Positions 47,235-56,739 of a stretch of 64,000 bases of DNA are shown here, piece by piece. Each line of letters begins with the position of its first letter. Position 1 is the stretch's first letter. The notes below the pieces were generated by a model that was not told the DNA's origin, made no database searches, and was given only the letters and a program-made list of their open reading frames with translations. Origin of the DNA: Escherichia phage EC150; sequence record ON210137.1, one strand, 5' to 3'. The position numbers and the translations under genes were made by a program.

Positions 47235-48095
47235 TTAAAACTCTTCTGCGTCGGTCGGAGTTTCATTGACAGGACCAGCGGCACCGCTTGCTTCTTCCTG
47301 CTTGCTGCGGTCAATGTTAACGTTGCCGCCAACTACGTCGTTGTGGAATGCTTTGGCGACTTCGTACAAACCTTTGTCCTGCACCAGACCTTCCAGCTCA
47401 AACTTCAGAACTGACCATGTGTTGCCGTCTTTGGACTGGGATGCAGTACCCATGCGAACGATGTTCATAAAGGTCGGCGGCGTTTTCAGACCCTGCGGAG
47501 TCTGAACTTTCTTCTGCTGCAGAGCGGTCATCAGCATGCGAGACGGCTTGATCATGGAAGAAGTCAGAGACAGCATTGCGCTACCAAATTCACCAGTTTC
47601 TTCGTTCAACAGAATCACAAAGTGGTTGCGTGTATCTGCGTAGTAAGGCGATTTCTTCTCGTGCACCTTGCCGTTTTCGTCCGGCACGAATACCTTACCG
47701 TTGATCTCAACAGCGCGGCCTGCCGCGACTTCTGCATCAACGTGCTCTTTGGTGAATTCACCTTTAAAGCCTTTATCGTCGGACTCGCGACCGCCCCAAA
47801 GGATGAAGGTGCGTTTGAATGCGCAAGGGATGATCTGCACGCCTTTCTTACCGTCATACAACTCACCAGTAACGGTGTTGTAAAGCATTCCGGCTTTTGC
47901 GCCAGGAACGTGTTTTGGATCATCTTCGTCGACCATAGGAGACATCTTCTGCAGGACGACGATAAAAGGAATGGCATACGCATCGGCATCGGCACCTTCA
48001 AAACCAGCGCCAAAATCGGTCATGTCGACAAAATCAGCCATAGCGGACATCTGGGTGTTTTTCACTGCAACTTCGGTAGTTTCTTTCTTAGACAT
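47235..48095 (-). CDS. hypothetical protein with acidic C-terminal tail, possible ssDNA-binding protein
   Basis: 286-aa ORF is solid; C-terminus ...TDAEEF is an acidic tail ending in Phe as in some phage SSBs; function is inference. Confidence 0.35.
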   Translation of the reverse strand: MSKKETTEVAVKNTQMSAMADFVDMTDFGAGFEGADADAYAIPFIVVLQKMSPMVDEDDPKHVPGAKAGMLYNTVTGELYDGKKGVQIIPCAFKRTFILWGGRESDDKGFKGEFTKEHVDAEVAAGRAVEINGKVFVPDENGKVHEKKSPYYADTRNHFVILLNEETGEFGSAMLSLTSSMIKPSRMLMTALQQKKVQTPQGLKTPPTFMNIVRMGTASQSKDGNTWSVLKFELEGLVQDKGLYEVAKAFHNDVVGGNVNIDRSKQEEASGAAGPVNETPTDAEEF

Positions 48096-48154
48096 TTGAT
48101 ATTTTCCTATAGTATCAAGTTTCGTGGCAACCTGATTTCAAGATAAAGGTTAAA

Positions 48155-48712
48155 TTACTTTTTGCTTTTAGGCAAGGTTATTTTAGCTTCTTTGTATTCA
48201 AAAACGCTAATATCTTCACTAACTGGATTGCCTGCTTCCAGCTGTTCTTTTACAAATGACTTCAGTGTAGCAGAATGAACGCCTTGTTTCAAGGTGGCTT
48301 CAACACCATCTTCACGCAGCGCGGCAACAATCTCTTGCGCCTGTTCGATTTCTTCGCGACCAAACTCAGCCGTGACGCTGGACTTGATCAGGCCGCCGTA
48401 ACCGTTGTTTACAAGCCAATCGAAAACTTTTAATTCGTTTTCTTTCTTGATTGAAGCGTTCACCTTGGACTCGACCTTGATTTTGGTCTTGTCCTCAAGC
48501 TTGATTTCGGACACGCCAAGCTCATCCATAACGCCAGGAAGCAAAACAGTTTTGATTTCACTGATACGCTGCTTTTGCATATCAGCTTCATCTTCAAGCT
48601 CTGTCAAAGCTTCTTGGCGTTCTGCCAGTTCAGATACTAAGCGCGCAAGGCGCTCTTGAATGCTCTCAGGAGCAACCTGCGGCAAATCATCTTCCCAATT
48701 AATATTGCTCAT
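48155..48712 (-). CDS. hypothetical acidic protein (185 aa)
   Basis: ORF in replication block; coiled-coil-like N-terminus. Confidence 0.5.
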   Translation of the reverse strand: MSNINWEDDLPQVAPESIQERLARLVSELAERQEALTELEDEADMQKQRISEIKTVLLPGVMDELGVSEIKLEDKTKIKVESKVNASIKKENELKVFDWLVNNGYGGLIKSSVTAEFGREEIEQAQEIVAALREDGVEATLKQGVHSATLKSFVKEQLEAGNPVSEDISVFEYKEAKITLPKSKK

Positions 48713-48972
48713 ATTTTACCTTCTTGCATTAGCCCTTCAACACGGGTCATTTGATAACGTTCAGGTTTCCAAGCCGCCAAAGCCTTCTCAGCGCCTTTTA
48801 AGGTTTTATACGCCTTGATGCCAGGCGTGATAACAGTATTCACCCCAGCACCGTTGCCATAATCAAACTCTTTAACAACGCGAAACATTCCGTCAATTTC
48901 TTTGACCAAAAGACGTTTGAAAGCGATTGCGCCAGTAGCTTCATTTTTGTAACGTTCAAGGATGCGTACCAT
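48709..48972 (-). CDS. hypothetical protein (87 aa)
   Basis: ORF with 4-nt overlap to downstream gene. Confidence 0.45.
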   Translation of the reverse strand: MVRILERYKNEATGAIAFKRLLVKEIDGMFRVVKEFDYGNGAGVNTVITPGIKAYKTLKGAEKALAAWKPERYQMTRVEGLMQEGKI

Positions 48973-49046
48973 TTTGTATTCCTCTGTTTCGTTTCGATGA
49001 AGTAATTATGACTCATCTTCCATGACAAGTCAAATTATTTTTGATA

Positions 49047-50570
49047 TTAATTCATCTTTTTGCCGTCGAGGATGTGATCAGCAAGCATAGATTTCATGCT
49101 CAGTGAACGCTGAATTTCTTCGTCGATGGTATCAACGCCAATAAAATCAACATACAACACGCTTGATTTGGTGCCGATGCGGTGATTTCGGTCTTCGGAT
49201 TGTTTGCGCAGCTCGTTGTCGTAGTTGCAAGAATAATAAATTGCCAAGTCAGCGGCGGTAAGCGTGATTCCGATGCCTGCCGCTGCAGCGTGACAAACCA
49301 AGACTTGCGTTCCACCGTTCTCGACTGTGTTTTTCTGGAAGTCATCAATCAAGAACTCGCGCTGCTCTTTTGACGTCTCACCGTTATATACACCAGTGAC
49401 CACGCCTTCAGACTCAAGCCAATCCTTAATCTGGTTCATCTCTTCCTTAAAGATGGCCCAAACGATGAATTTGCGCTCTGGGTCGTCTTCCAGCACCCCT
49501 TCCACATAATCCTTAAAGGCCGTGAATCGTGGGTTGTCTTCCATGTAAACCATCTCATCATACACCTTAACAAAGCCTGATGTCACCTGCTTCATCTTAG
49601 TGCGCGACGCGATCATCTCAAACTTGACGTTTTCTTCTTCGCCCTTGTATTCCATCAAATAGTTGTACTCATTCTTGAGTTCATCGTAAACATCACGTTG
49701 TTTAGGCGACAACTCGAAGTCAATAAACTTGTACACCTTCTCTGGAAGGTCAGGCAAGTATTCTGCTTTTGTTGCACGAAAATAGTGCGGTTCCATCAGC
49801 CGGATAAGCTTGTCAAGGTTTTTGTACATCGGTCGGCCAAACTGGTCTTTGCGCGGCACTTGCGGAATCCCATAGCCATTGCCGCCGATTTTCTTGAGGA
49901 TGGCTTGCATCTCTGGGTCGTGCGCTTCAAGCAGCACTGTAAATTCAGAGTTAAAGGCACGGAATGATTTAGTGCCGAGCAATCCTGCTTCAAGGAAGTG
50001 GTATTGCATGTAAATATCCGCAGGCGAGCGCGGCAACGGCGTGCCAGAAAGGATTCGACGGGCCTTTGCCAGCCGTCCCAATTCCACAACCTTGATGGAG
50101 CGTTTGGCTGTGTTATTCTTGATGCGCGTTGATTCGTCGATGATCATCAGGCAGCGGTACTTCTTCAAGACCGACTCGATGTGTTGATAACCGACTGGTG
50201 TGTTGACAGTGTCGATGTTGAATGAGAAGATGCGCGCAGGCACTTCGCCTTCGGGGTAGTGATCAGCAAACATCTTCTCCCAAAGCGCCTTGCCCTTTTT
50301 AGTTTTCATCTTATCGTTGCCGCGCCAGTAGTGTCCAATCCACTTGATGGAAAGGTGCTCTGGTGCTTCACGACGAATCCAGTTTGAGTGGACACCGTTT
50401 GGAGCGATGACGACCATGGCATCGAACGCGCCAGCGGCGAAGTGCTTTTCAAACTCTGCCAAAGCGGTCCAAGTTTTACCAAGACCCTGTTCCATGAAAT
50501 AGGCAAAGTATTTTCTGCGGCCTGCTTTATCAAGCGCCAGAAGCTGGTGGCGCATCCCTTGTGTTTTCAT
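49047..50570 (-). CDS. SNF2/RAD54-family helicase
   Basis: Walker A GLGKT, DExx box IIDESTRIKN, C-terminal helicase domain. Confidence 0.8.
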   Translation of the reverse strand: MKTQGMRHQLLALDKAGRRKYFAYFMEQGLGKTWTALAEFEKHFAAGAFDAMVVIAPNGVHSNWIRREAPEHLSIKWIGHYWRGNDKMKTKKGKALWEKMFADHYPEGEVPARIFSFNIDTVNTPVGYQHIESVLKKYRCLMIIDESTRIKNNTAKRSIKVVELGRLAKARRILSGTPLPRSPADIYMQYHFLEAGLLGTKSFRAFNSEFTVLLEAHDPEMQAILKKIGGNGYGIPQVPRKDQFGRPMYKNLDKLIRLMEPHYFRATKAEYLPDLPEKVYKFIDFELSPKQRDVYDELKNEYNYLMEYKGEEENVKFEMIASRTKMKQVTSGFVKVYDEMVYMEDNPRFTAFKDYVEGVLEDDPERKFIVWAIFKEEMNQIKDWLESEGVVTGVYNGETSKEQREFLIDDFQKNTVENGGTQVLVCHAAAAGIGITLTAADLAIYYSCNYDNELRKQSEDRNHRIGTKSSVLYVDFIGVDTIDEEIQRSLSMKSMLADHILDGKKMN

Positions 50571-50989
50571 GACAATTCCTCTAAATACTTGATGATGTGG
50601 TGAATAGTTCCCTTCACGATTATCTCACGTTGAACGTCTGCAATATTATAACGCTTTAATTCAATCGAAGGGTGGACTAAATAAAACATCTTCTCAGAAT
50701 CGACTTTAAGCAAAACAAATGATGGGTATTTCCAATCATTCCACGAAGAAAGAAAGCTGCACTGACCTTTCTCAAATGCATTTCTGAAAGGTGCAGTGGT
50801 GGCCCTTGCAGGCCACGATTCAAAGAACTTCATTTCAAGCCAAAAGCCGCGCCCTTTCCGGTTGGTGCCGATTACATCCGGCACACCATCACCCGTCATG
50901 GATTCGATTCTTTGAAGCTTCAATGCTGATTCTGAATGCTTCTTCAGGGGCACAAAAATGTATTTTTGTTCACGGTTGTTTGTTGCCAT
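50567..50989 (-). CDS. VRR-NUC domain nuclease
   Basis: GVPDVIG...GFWLEMK matches PD-(D/E)xK VRR-NUC pattern; start adjusted to internal ATG (MATNN). Confidence 0.6.
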   Translation of the reverse strand: MATNNREQKYIFVPLKKHSESALKLQRIESMTGDGVPDVIGTNRKGRGFWLEMKFFESWPARATTAPFRNAFEKGQCSFLSSWNDWKYPSFVLLKVDSEKMFYLVHPSIELKRYNIADVQREIIVKGTIHHIIKYLEELS

Positions 50990-53873
50990 CTGGATACACC
51001 TGTTTGATAACGTCGACGATGAACATATCAATGCCTTCAAGCTTGCGGCCTTTCATCAGGAAGAATGCACCGTTCCCGACGTACTCTGCAATGTACTTCC
51101 CGTATTTCTGGAACTTCTCTGGGCGAATCCTGAAGCGCATTGGCGAGTCGGTCGAATCGTCCTTGCACATAAGGTCGATGAATTGAGTTTCAAGCTTGTT
51201 TCCATACTGGTCAAATTCTGCGTAGCGGCCATCGGCCTGAAGACCCTTTTTAAGCTTGCCGTGCTTTGTATAAATGCCGCGCTCAAGACGTTTACGGATG
51301 CGTGTTGCTTCGTTCTCGTCTGCCAGCACTTTCTTGGTCAGCTTGCCGATTACTATTGCACGCTCATCATCGCCTACTTCCTTCATCTGGCGTATTGAAG
51401 CGCCGGAAGTGACGCCAATCAGATATGGGTCATTATATGCCCAGCCGAACTTGGTGTGCATCTCTGTAAGGTCGCCGTATTTAACTTCAGCATTGGCCAA
51501 TGCATCCTTCTGCTTTTGCGTTAAGGTTCCGGCTTCACGTGCTTCGATGTACTTCATCGCCTTCACCATTCCGTACCCTTTAGCGTTCATGATGCCGCCG
51601 ATTAGCTTTCCGTTAGCGATGGTCCAGTTCATTGAAGAGTGATCAGGGTCGATTGGCACATAATCCACGCCTTCCTTCGCAAGTTCACGTAATATCGCAA
51701 TCGTCTGGTCTTCGTCCTTAGCAGCGCGTAAGCAAGCAGCGGCAAATTCCAACGGGTAGTGTCGTTTAAGCCACAAGGTCCAGTAGGTTACGACCGCGTA
51801 TGACACGGAGTGTGACTTGTTAAAGCCCCATGACCCGAACGTCGCCATCGCCTGCCAAAGCTTTCTTGCATCCGCTTCCGGTACGCCGTTATTTATTGCG
51901 CCTGCAACGAAGTCTTCGCCAAGCTTGTTAAAGTATTCCTCGCCCTTACGACCTGACATCGCCTTACGCACGGCTGATGTTTTCGCCCAGTCGAATGAAC
52001 CAATCTCTTTAACCACGGCCATGATTTGCTCTTGGTAAAGAAACACGCCGTAAGTCTCTTTTAAGTACGGCTCAAGCTGCGGCACGTCGTACTCAATCGG
52101 CGCACGCCCTGCCGCGCGTTCAATGTATTTCTGGGCCATACCGGATGACAACGGGCCAGGTCGACCAAGTGCTGTCAGGTTATCGATTTTGTTGAAGTTG
52201 TCAACGTGCACAAAGTTGGTTACTGAGCGCACAGCGTCACCTTCAAACTGAAAGATTCCTGACATCTTGTTTTCGTTAAGGATATCAAGGACGCTTTGGT
52301 CATCAAGCTTGATTCCGTATAGCGTTTCAGCATCTATCACGCCAGTATCAGAAATGATTCCGAGGGTGCGAAGACCCAACGCATCAAGCTTCAAAAGGTT
52401 AAGGTATTCGCTGTCAGGCTTATCAATTTGCGCAATCCCTTCCGCCGTTACCGTACAGTAATCAGAGATTGGGTCATTACACACGATGATTCCCGCTGCG
52501 TGAACGCCAGTGTGGGAAGGGTGAATCTCAAGGTCACCCATGCATCGCGCGGCGTCAGGATATTTCGCCACGAACTCTTGGCCCGTGGTCGTTGTTGCAA
52601 AAGTATCCTCCAGGCCGTGACCATAACGGGCGTCACCGGATGAGTATTCAAGCAATGCGTTTTTAATGTTGGCCGTTTCGTGATATCCAATGTTGAACTT
52701 CTTACCAACCTGAGCCATTACTGAGTTGGCCTTAAGCGTGTTGATGTTGCCAAGCTTTGCAACGTTCATTTCGCCATATTTTTCTTTAAGGTAATCAAAC
52801 ACCATATAACGTTTGGTGTCCTCAAAGTCAATATCAATATCAGGGAGGTCGGCGCGGCTTACGTCGATGAATCGGGCAAATAGCAGCTTATACGGGATTG
52901 GGTCAACTTCCGTGATGCCGAGGCAATAACAAACCAGTGAACCAGCCGATGAGCCGCGTGCAGGACCGACAAGCATTTTTGTTTTTGCGAATCGTACAAG
53001 GTCCGCTACTACCAGAAAGTATGAGTCGAAATCTTTCAACTGAATCTGGTGAATTTCTTCGTTGAAGCGGTCCTCATATTCCTGAGTCCATTCTTTGATG
53101 TGACCTGCTTTGAGACGGTACTCCATCCCCTCACGCGCAAGCTTTACCATATCACCAGCAAGGTGAATAATCGGTGCCTTGCGTAATTTCAGGTCAAGTC
53201 CGACTATGCCGTTTGCTATGTCAACAGCATTGGCCGTTGCCTGATTCAGCTCATCTTCCGTCAAGATGCCTTTAAGCTGTTTGCGCAAGTCTTCCGCGTC
53301 AACGATGCAGTGCGGCTTGACCGTGTCGCGCACTTCCCAAGCATAAGCAAAGTCAACGTGCTCAGGTGAAGGCATGTGGTTGTATCCGGTTAAAACCAGC
53401 GGCCTTCCGTTGCTGCGGTGAGCCAACACCTGGCGCTTAGCCAAAAGGAACGATGATGGGTTGACGTCTATATAATCGTAGTCCTCTGGCCGCAGCAGCT
53501 CAACGGCACCGCCACAGAATTTAACGACGCCATCAAGCGCACCGAACTCTTCACGGGTAAGCCCACCGCGCTGCGTTGAAAGTGTTGTAGCGTTGTAAAA
53601 AGATTTTAAGTCAAGGGACAGTATCCAAGCCTTCGGTTTGAATCCCTTTTTCGGGTCCGCATCAGGGTCGATGATTGGAATCTCCATCCCAAACATAGGC
53701 TTAATATCATTTTTCTGGCATTCCTTTTCCCAGCGGACGTGACCCCATGTGTTGTTATCAACTAATGCCGCGACTTCGCAGCCCAACTCTTTGAGCCGTG
53801 CTATAATTTCAGGATGCCGTCCATAAACTTCTTTGAACGTGTAACCGCTGCGAACTCTCAATTGTGGAAACAT
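50970..53873 (-). CDS. dnaE: DNA polymerase III alpha-type (DnaE-like) replicative polymerase
   Basis: 967 aa; GPARGSSAGSLVCYCLGIT, PDIDIDF and YQEQIM motifs; N-terminal PHP-like region lacks the usual His pairs (LRVRS). Confidence 0.9.
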   Translation of the reverse strand: MFPQLRVRSGYTFKEVYGRHPEIIARLKELGCEVAALVDNNTWGHVRWEKECQKNDIKPMFGMEIPIIDPDADPKKGFKPKAWILSLDLKSFYNATTLSTQRGGLTREEFGALDGVVKFCGGAVELLRPEDYDYIDVNPSSFLLAKRQVLAHRSNGRPLVLTGYNHMPSPEHVDFAYAWEVRDTVKPHCIVDAEDLRKQLKGILTEDELNQATANAVDIANGIVGLDLKLRKAPIIHLAGDMVKLAREGMEYRLKAGHIKEWTQEYEDRFNEEIHQIQLKDFDSYFLVVADLVRFAKTKMLVGPARGSSAGSLVCYCLGITEVDPIPYKLLFARFIDVSRADLPDIDIDFEDTKRYMVFDYLKEKYGEMNVAKLGNINTLKANSVMAQVGKKFNIGYHETANIKNALLEYSSGDARYGHGLEDTFATTTTGQEFVAKYPDAARCMGDLEIHPSHTGVHAAGIIVCNDPISDYCTVTAEGIAQIDKPDSEYLNLLKLDALGLRTLGIISDTGVIDAETLYGIKLDDQSVLDILNENKMSGIFQFEGDAVRSVTNFVHVDNFNKIDNLTALGRPGPLSSGMAQKYIERAAGRAPIEYDVPQLEPYLKETYGVFLYQEQIMAVVKEIGSFDWAKTSAVRKAMSGRKGEEYFNKLGEDFVAGAINNGVPEADARKLWQAMATFGSWGFNKSHSVSYAVVTYWTLWLKRHYPLEFAAACLRAAKDEDQTIAILRELAKEGVDYVPIDPDHSSMNWTIANGKLIGGIMNAKGYGMVKAMKYIEAREAGTLTQKQKDALANAEVKYGDLTEMHTKFGWAYNDPYLIGVTSGASIRQMKEVGDDERAIVIGKLTKKVLADENEATRIRKRLERGIYTKHGKLKKGLQADGRYAEFDQYGNKLETQFIDLMCKDDSTDSPMRFRIRPEKFQKYGKYIAEYVGNGAFFLMKGRKLEGIDMFIVDVIKQVYPDGNKQP

Positions 53874-54415
53874 TATTTACTCCAGATGTCATATACGCCA
53901 ATTTGTTGGCAGACTTTGTGCAGTAATATTACGTCGTCTAATGCACGGTGCTTCTGTTCATATTTTCCGAAATATAATTCATACAGCTCTTGAAGCTTAA
54001 CTCTTCGGCCAAAAATAGGCAAGGTTTGCTCAACTGTACATATGTTTATTTCTGGAAAATTAACATCATCAAGCGTAAGTCCTTCGCGCTGTAGTGCATA
54101 ATCAAGAATGTTTTTATCGAACGCATGGTTGTGCGCGATAGTTGCATCAGTCTTCTTGAAGATTTCTTTTAGCTGCGGGACGAAATTGATGAACGGTGGA
54201 TTGCACTCAAGGTCTTCATTAGTTAATCCGGTAATCTTTGTGATGATTTCTTCAATCACAATTTCAGGATTAATTATGAATTCAAACGTTTCAAGAATCT
54301 CTTTGCCGTCTGTCAACAGACCTGCAAATTCAATAGGACGCGGCTGCATCCCAAGCGGCGCTTTCGGGTGCACGGTCAATCCGGTTGTTTCGAAGTCATA
54401 AGGGAGAAATAACAC
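53873..54415 (-). CDS. DnaQ-like 3'-5' exonuclease (DEDDh)
   Basis: Exo motifs YDFETTGL, AHNHAFD and HRALDD. Confidence 0.8.
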   Translation of the reverse strand: MLFLPYDFETTGLTVHPKAPLGMQPRPIEFAGLLTDGKEILETFEFIINPEIVIEEIITKITGLTNEDLECNPPFINFVPQLKEIFKKTDATIAHNHAFDKNILDYALQREGLTLDDVNFPEINICTVEQTLPIFGRRVKLQELYELYFGKYEQKHRALDDVILLHKVCQQIGVYDIWSK

Positions 54416-54426
54416 ATTAGCCTCCT

Positions 54427-54453
54427 ACAAAAAGGCCGCCCATTAGGACGGCC
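54427..54453 (-). terminator. putative terminator after accessory operon
   Basis: Imperfect hairpin GGCCGCC/GGACGGCC preceded on the plus strand by an A-run (U-run in the minus transcript). Confidence 0.35.
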
Positions 54454-54469
54454 ACAGATTCACGATTCG

Positions 54470-55021
54470 TTATACGGTGTACGGAGTACCGTCTTGATTC
54501 AAGCGCACGATAAACTTAAGGTCGACGCCAATAATATCACGCGTGTCAAAGATCACATAGTTGTAGCGACGTTGACCAGCAATGTTAGGATTGGTGTGGG
54601 AGTCGGTGATGACTTCCTGCGCAACCTGAATATGTTCGTTCTTAAAGAACTCACGCCATTCGGCAAGTTCTGCGGCAGTCACGTGCATGCCAAGGTGGCT
54701 AACCTGATTATCGTGCGCATCGATGTATTCAATGTTTTCGTTAATCCAGTTGCAGCCCTTTGTGTAGTCAAGGATTTCAAGCTCAAGAGGCTTACCAGCG
54801 CTGCCATCAGTTCCGTTTCCAGCTTGATAGTTGAAGCGTAAATCAGCTTCGTTGGTGCAATCGCCGCGCTGGCCTTTAAAGTCATCAGATTCAAATACGC
54901 GACCAGTAGCAACAACGTGATCATGGAACCATTCTGTCAGGCCGATTTTAGCCAGGAAATTCTGTGCGCGCTGAGCACCTGGGATTGACAGGGCGATTTG
55001 TTCAATTTTAAAATGTGGCAT
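54470..55021 (-). CDS. VOC/glyoxalase-fold protein
   Basis: FKIEQIALSIPGAQRAQNFLAKIGL and VSHLGMHV fit the two-module pattern of glyoxalase-like proteins. Confidence 0.4.
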   Translation of the reverse strand: MPHFKIEQIALSIPGAQRAQNFLAKIGLTEWFHDHVVATGRVFESDDFKGQRGDCTNEADLRFNYQAGNGTDGSAGKPLELEILDYTKGCNWINENIEYIDAHDNQVSHLGMHVTAAELAEWREFFKNEHIQVAQEVITDSHTNPNIAGQRRYNYVIFDTRDIIGVDLKFIVRLNQDGTPYTV

Positions 55022-55117
55022 TTTGTTTCCTTAATTAAATATTATTGATTAATTACTGTGTTATCTTCGTCCTGTTTCTTTTCAGGAGCGGGTGTGACAA
55101 CTTCAAATGTTCGTGAT

Positions 55118-55801
55118 TTATTTCCCAAATGGAATATCAGTACCAGACATAAAGCGCCATGCGCCCGTAATTAAGATATGGCGAATGAAGTCAGCAATTA
55201 CTTGCGGCTCAGTCTCCAATCCATTCATCAGTGCCTTTTTCTGGTATTCAGCAGCATACTCAGGAGTCCAGCCGCGAGTCGCGCAAACAGCATCTTCAAT
55301 CTGTTTGGACATGCCAGTACCACGTAGCTTGTTAGGACTAATAGAGAATACCGTGATGCCGTATTTAGGCGTAAGCTCGTGAGCCATCTGCTTGCTAATC
55401 ATAAGCGCAGCAGCCTTGGATGCATTATAACACAAGCTGGACGTCATAGGAATGTGCGCAGCGTTAGAAACGATATTGATCACAAAACCTTTGTTGTCGA
55501 TAAGACTTTTCAGCGCGGCTTGAGTCGTGTTAACGAAAGAGAATGCGTTGGTGTGCATAACGCGATTGAACTCTTCGTAGTTAACATCTTCGAACCAGTT
55601 GTTGGAGTTGACGCCAGCGCAGTTGATCAAGCCTTCTACATCATATGGGCTTAAAATTTCTTTCATCTGTTTAGCGTCGCGGACGTCATATCCGTATGCT
55701 GAATCGATGCCAAGCACGTTATGACCGTAAGCGCCAAGGGTGTCAAAAATAGATTTACCAAGACCGGAATTGGAACCTGTTACAACAATTACTTTTTTCA
55801 T
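55118..55801 (-). CDS. short-chain dehydrogenase/reductase (classical SDR)
   Basis: TGSNSGLGK cofactor-binding motif, NCAG, catalytic YNASK. Confidence 0.8.
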   Translation of the reverse strand: MKKVIVVTGSNSGLGKSIFDTLGAYGHNVLGIDSAYGYDVRDAKQMKEILSPYDVEGLINCAGVNSNNWFEDVNYEEFNRVMHTNAFSFVNTTQAALKSLIDNKGFVINIVSNAAHIPMTSSLCYNASKAAALMISKQMAHELTPKYGITVFSISPNKLRGTGMSKQIEDAVCATRGWTPEYAAEYQKKALMNGLETEPQVIADFIRHILITGAWRFMSGTDIPFGK

Positions 55802-55866
55802 TTATTTATCCTTTTTGGACTTCGTTTCGATGAGATAAATATAACTCATCGAAACGCACAAGTAAA

Positions 55867-56739
55867 CTATTTATTGAAATTAATATTATGGGTGTTGACA
55901 AGACGTTCACACATGGCGCTGTAAACACCATCGTCGTGTATTGAGTCTTCGTGCTTCAGGCCGCTGATTGCGAAGCGTGTAAGCTTGACAATCTTAAGCT
56001 CGAACAGATGCCACATGTGGTAGTCTTCCGGCGTTTTCAACGTTACGCCATTAGGGAAAAGCACCTGCATAACCTGGCCTACCATCACAGCGTTATCGCC
56101 ATAGACAGCGTTGCGCTCACGAAAGGTTGCTGCCATTGCATCAAGAATATCGGCGGCAGTTGCCGGAGATTGTTCAACTTCCACAGCCTTAGTCTCTTCT
56201 TGCCCTGTTGCGCTTGGATCAATTGCTAATTGTTGCACCACTTCACCTGCCTTGCAAAGATTAAATGTAAAAGCGATTTTATTTTGAGCAACGGAATTAT
56301 AATACAATGCTTCATCTTGCATCCGCGCGAGTACGTCTTGTCGGTCGTCGAATACGTTGATGATTCGATAATCGCCGTGGCGCAATGCGTGCGATAGCCA
56401 TGCAGATTTCATAATAGTTGATGGACGTTTGTCGCCATAGTCTCTCATCTTGATTGTAAATTCATCAAAAGGAAAAACATTGTCCAGACGTTCAAAAGTC
56501 ACTTGTCTGTATTTTTCTGGCCTTGCAGTCCAATATTCAACCGCCTCACCGCGAAGAGATGCCGACTCTACTGCTGATGCAATGTGAGGATAGAACTGAT
56601 CATAACCAATACCGCTATGATAGTCATCATAGTCTGACAACGGACCTGCCACCTTGATGCGGTCTAAGCGCCAACGGTCATCAAACAGCGTTCCGTCAAG
56701 GTCGAATACGTTTAAGATTTCGCTGTTTTTAATGCTCAT
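55867..56739 (-). CDS. HAD-superfamily phosphatase (T4 Pnk phosphatase-like) fused to an uncharacterised C-terminal domain
   Basis: VFDLDGTLF motif I; later DDRQDVLARM resembles the Pnk phosphatase domain; C-terminal ~140 aa unassigned; 4-nt overlap with upstream ThyX-like gene. Confidence 0.65.
   Translation of the reverse strand: MSIKNSEILNVFDLDGTLFDDRWRLDRIKVAGPLSDYDDYHSGIGYDQFYPHIASAVESASLRGEAVEYWTARPEKYRQVTFERLDNVFPFDEFTIKMRDYGDKRPSTIMKSAWLSHALRHGDYRIINVFDDRQDVLARMQDEALYYNSVAQNKIAFTFNLCKAGEVVQQLAIDPSATGQEETKAVEVEQSPATAADILDAMAATFRERNAVYGDNAVMVGQVMQVLFPNGVTLKTPEDYHMWHLFELKIVKLTRFAISGLKHEDSIHDDGVYSAMCERLVNTHNINFNK

Noticed and set aside
47622-48146. 174-aa plus-strand ORF
   Set aside because: Antisense to the better-supported 47235-48095 gene; no RBS or motif
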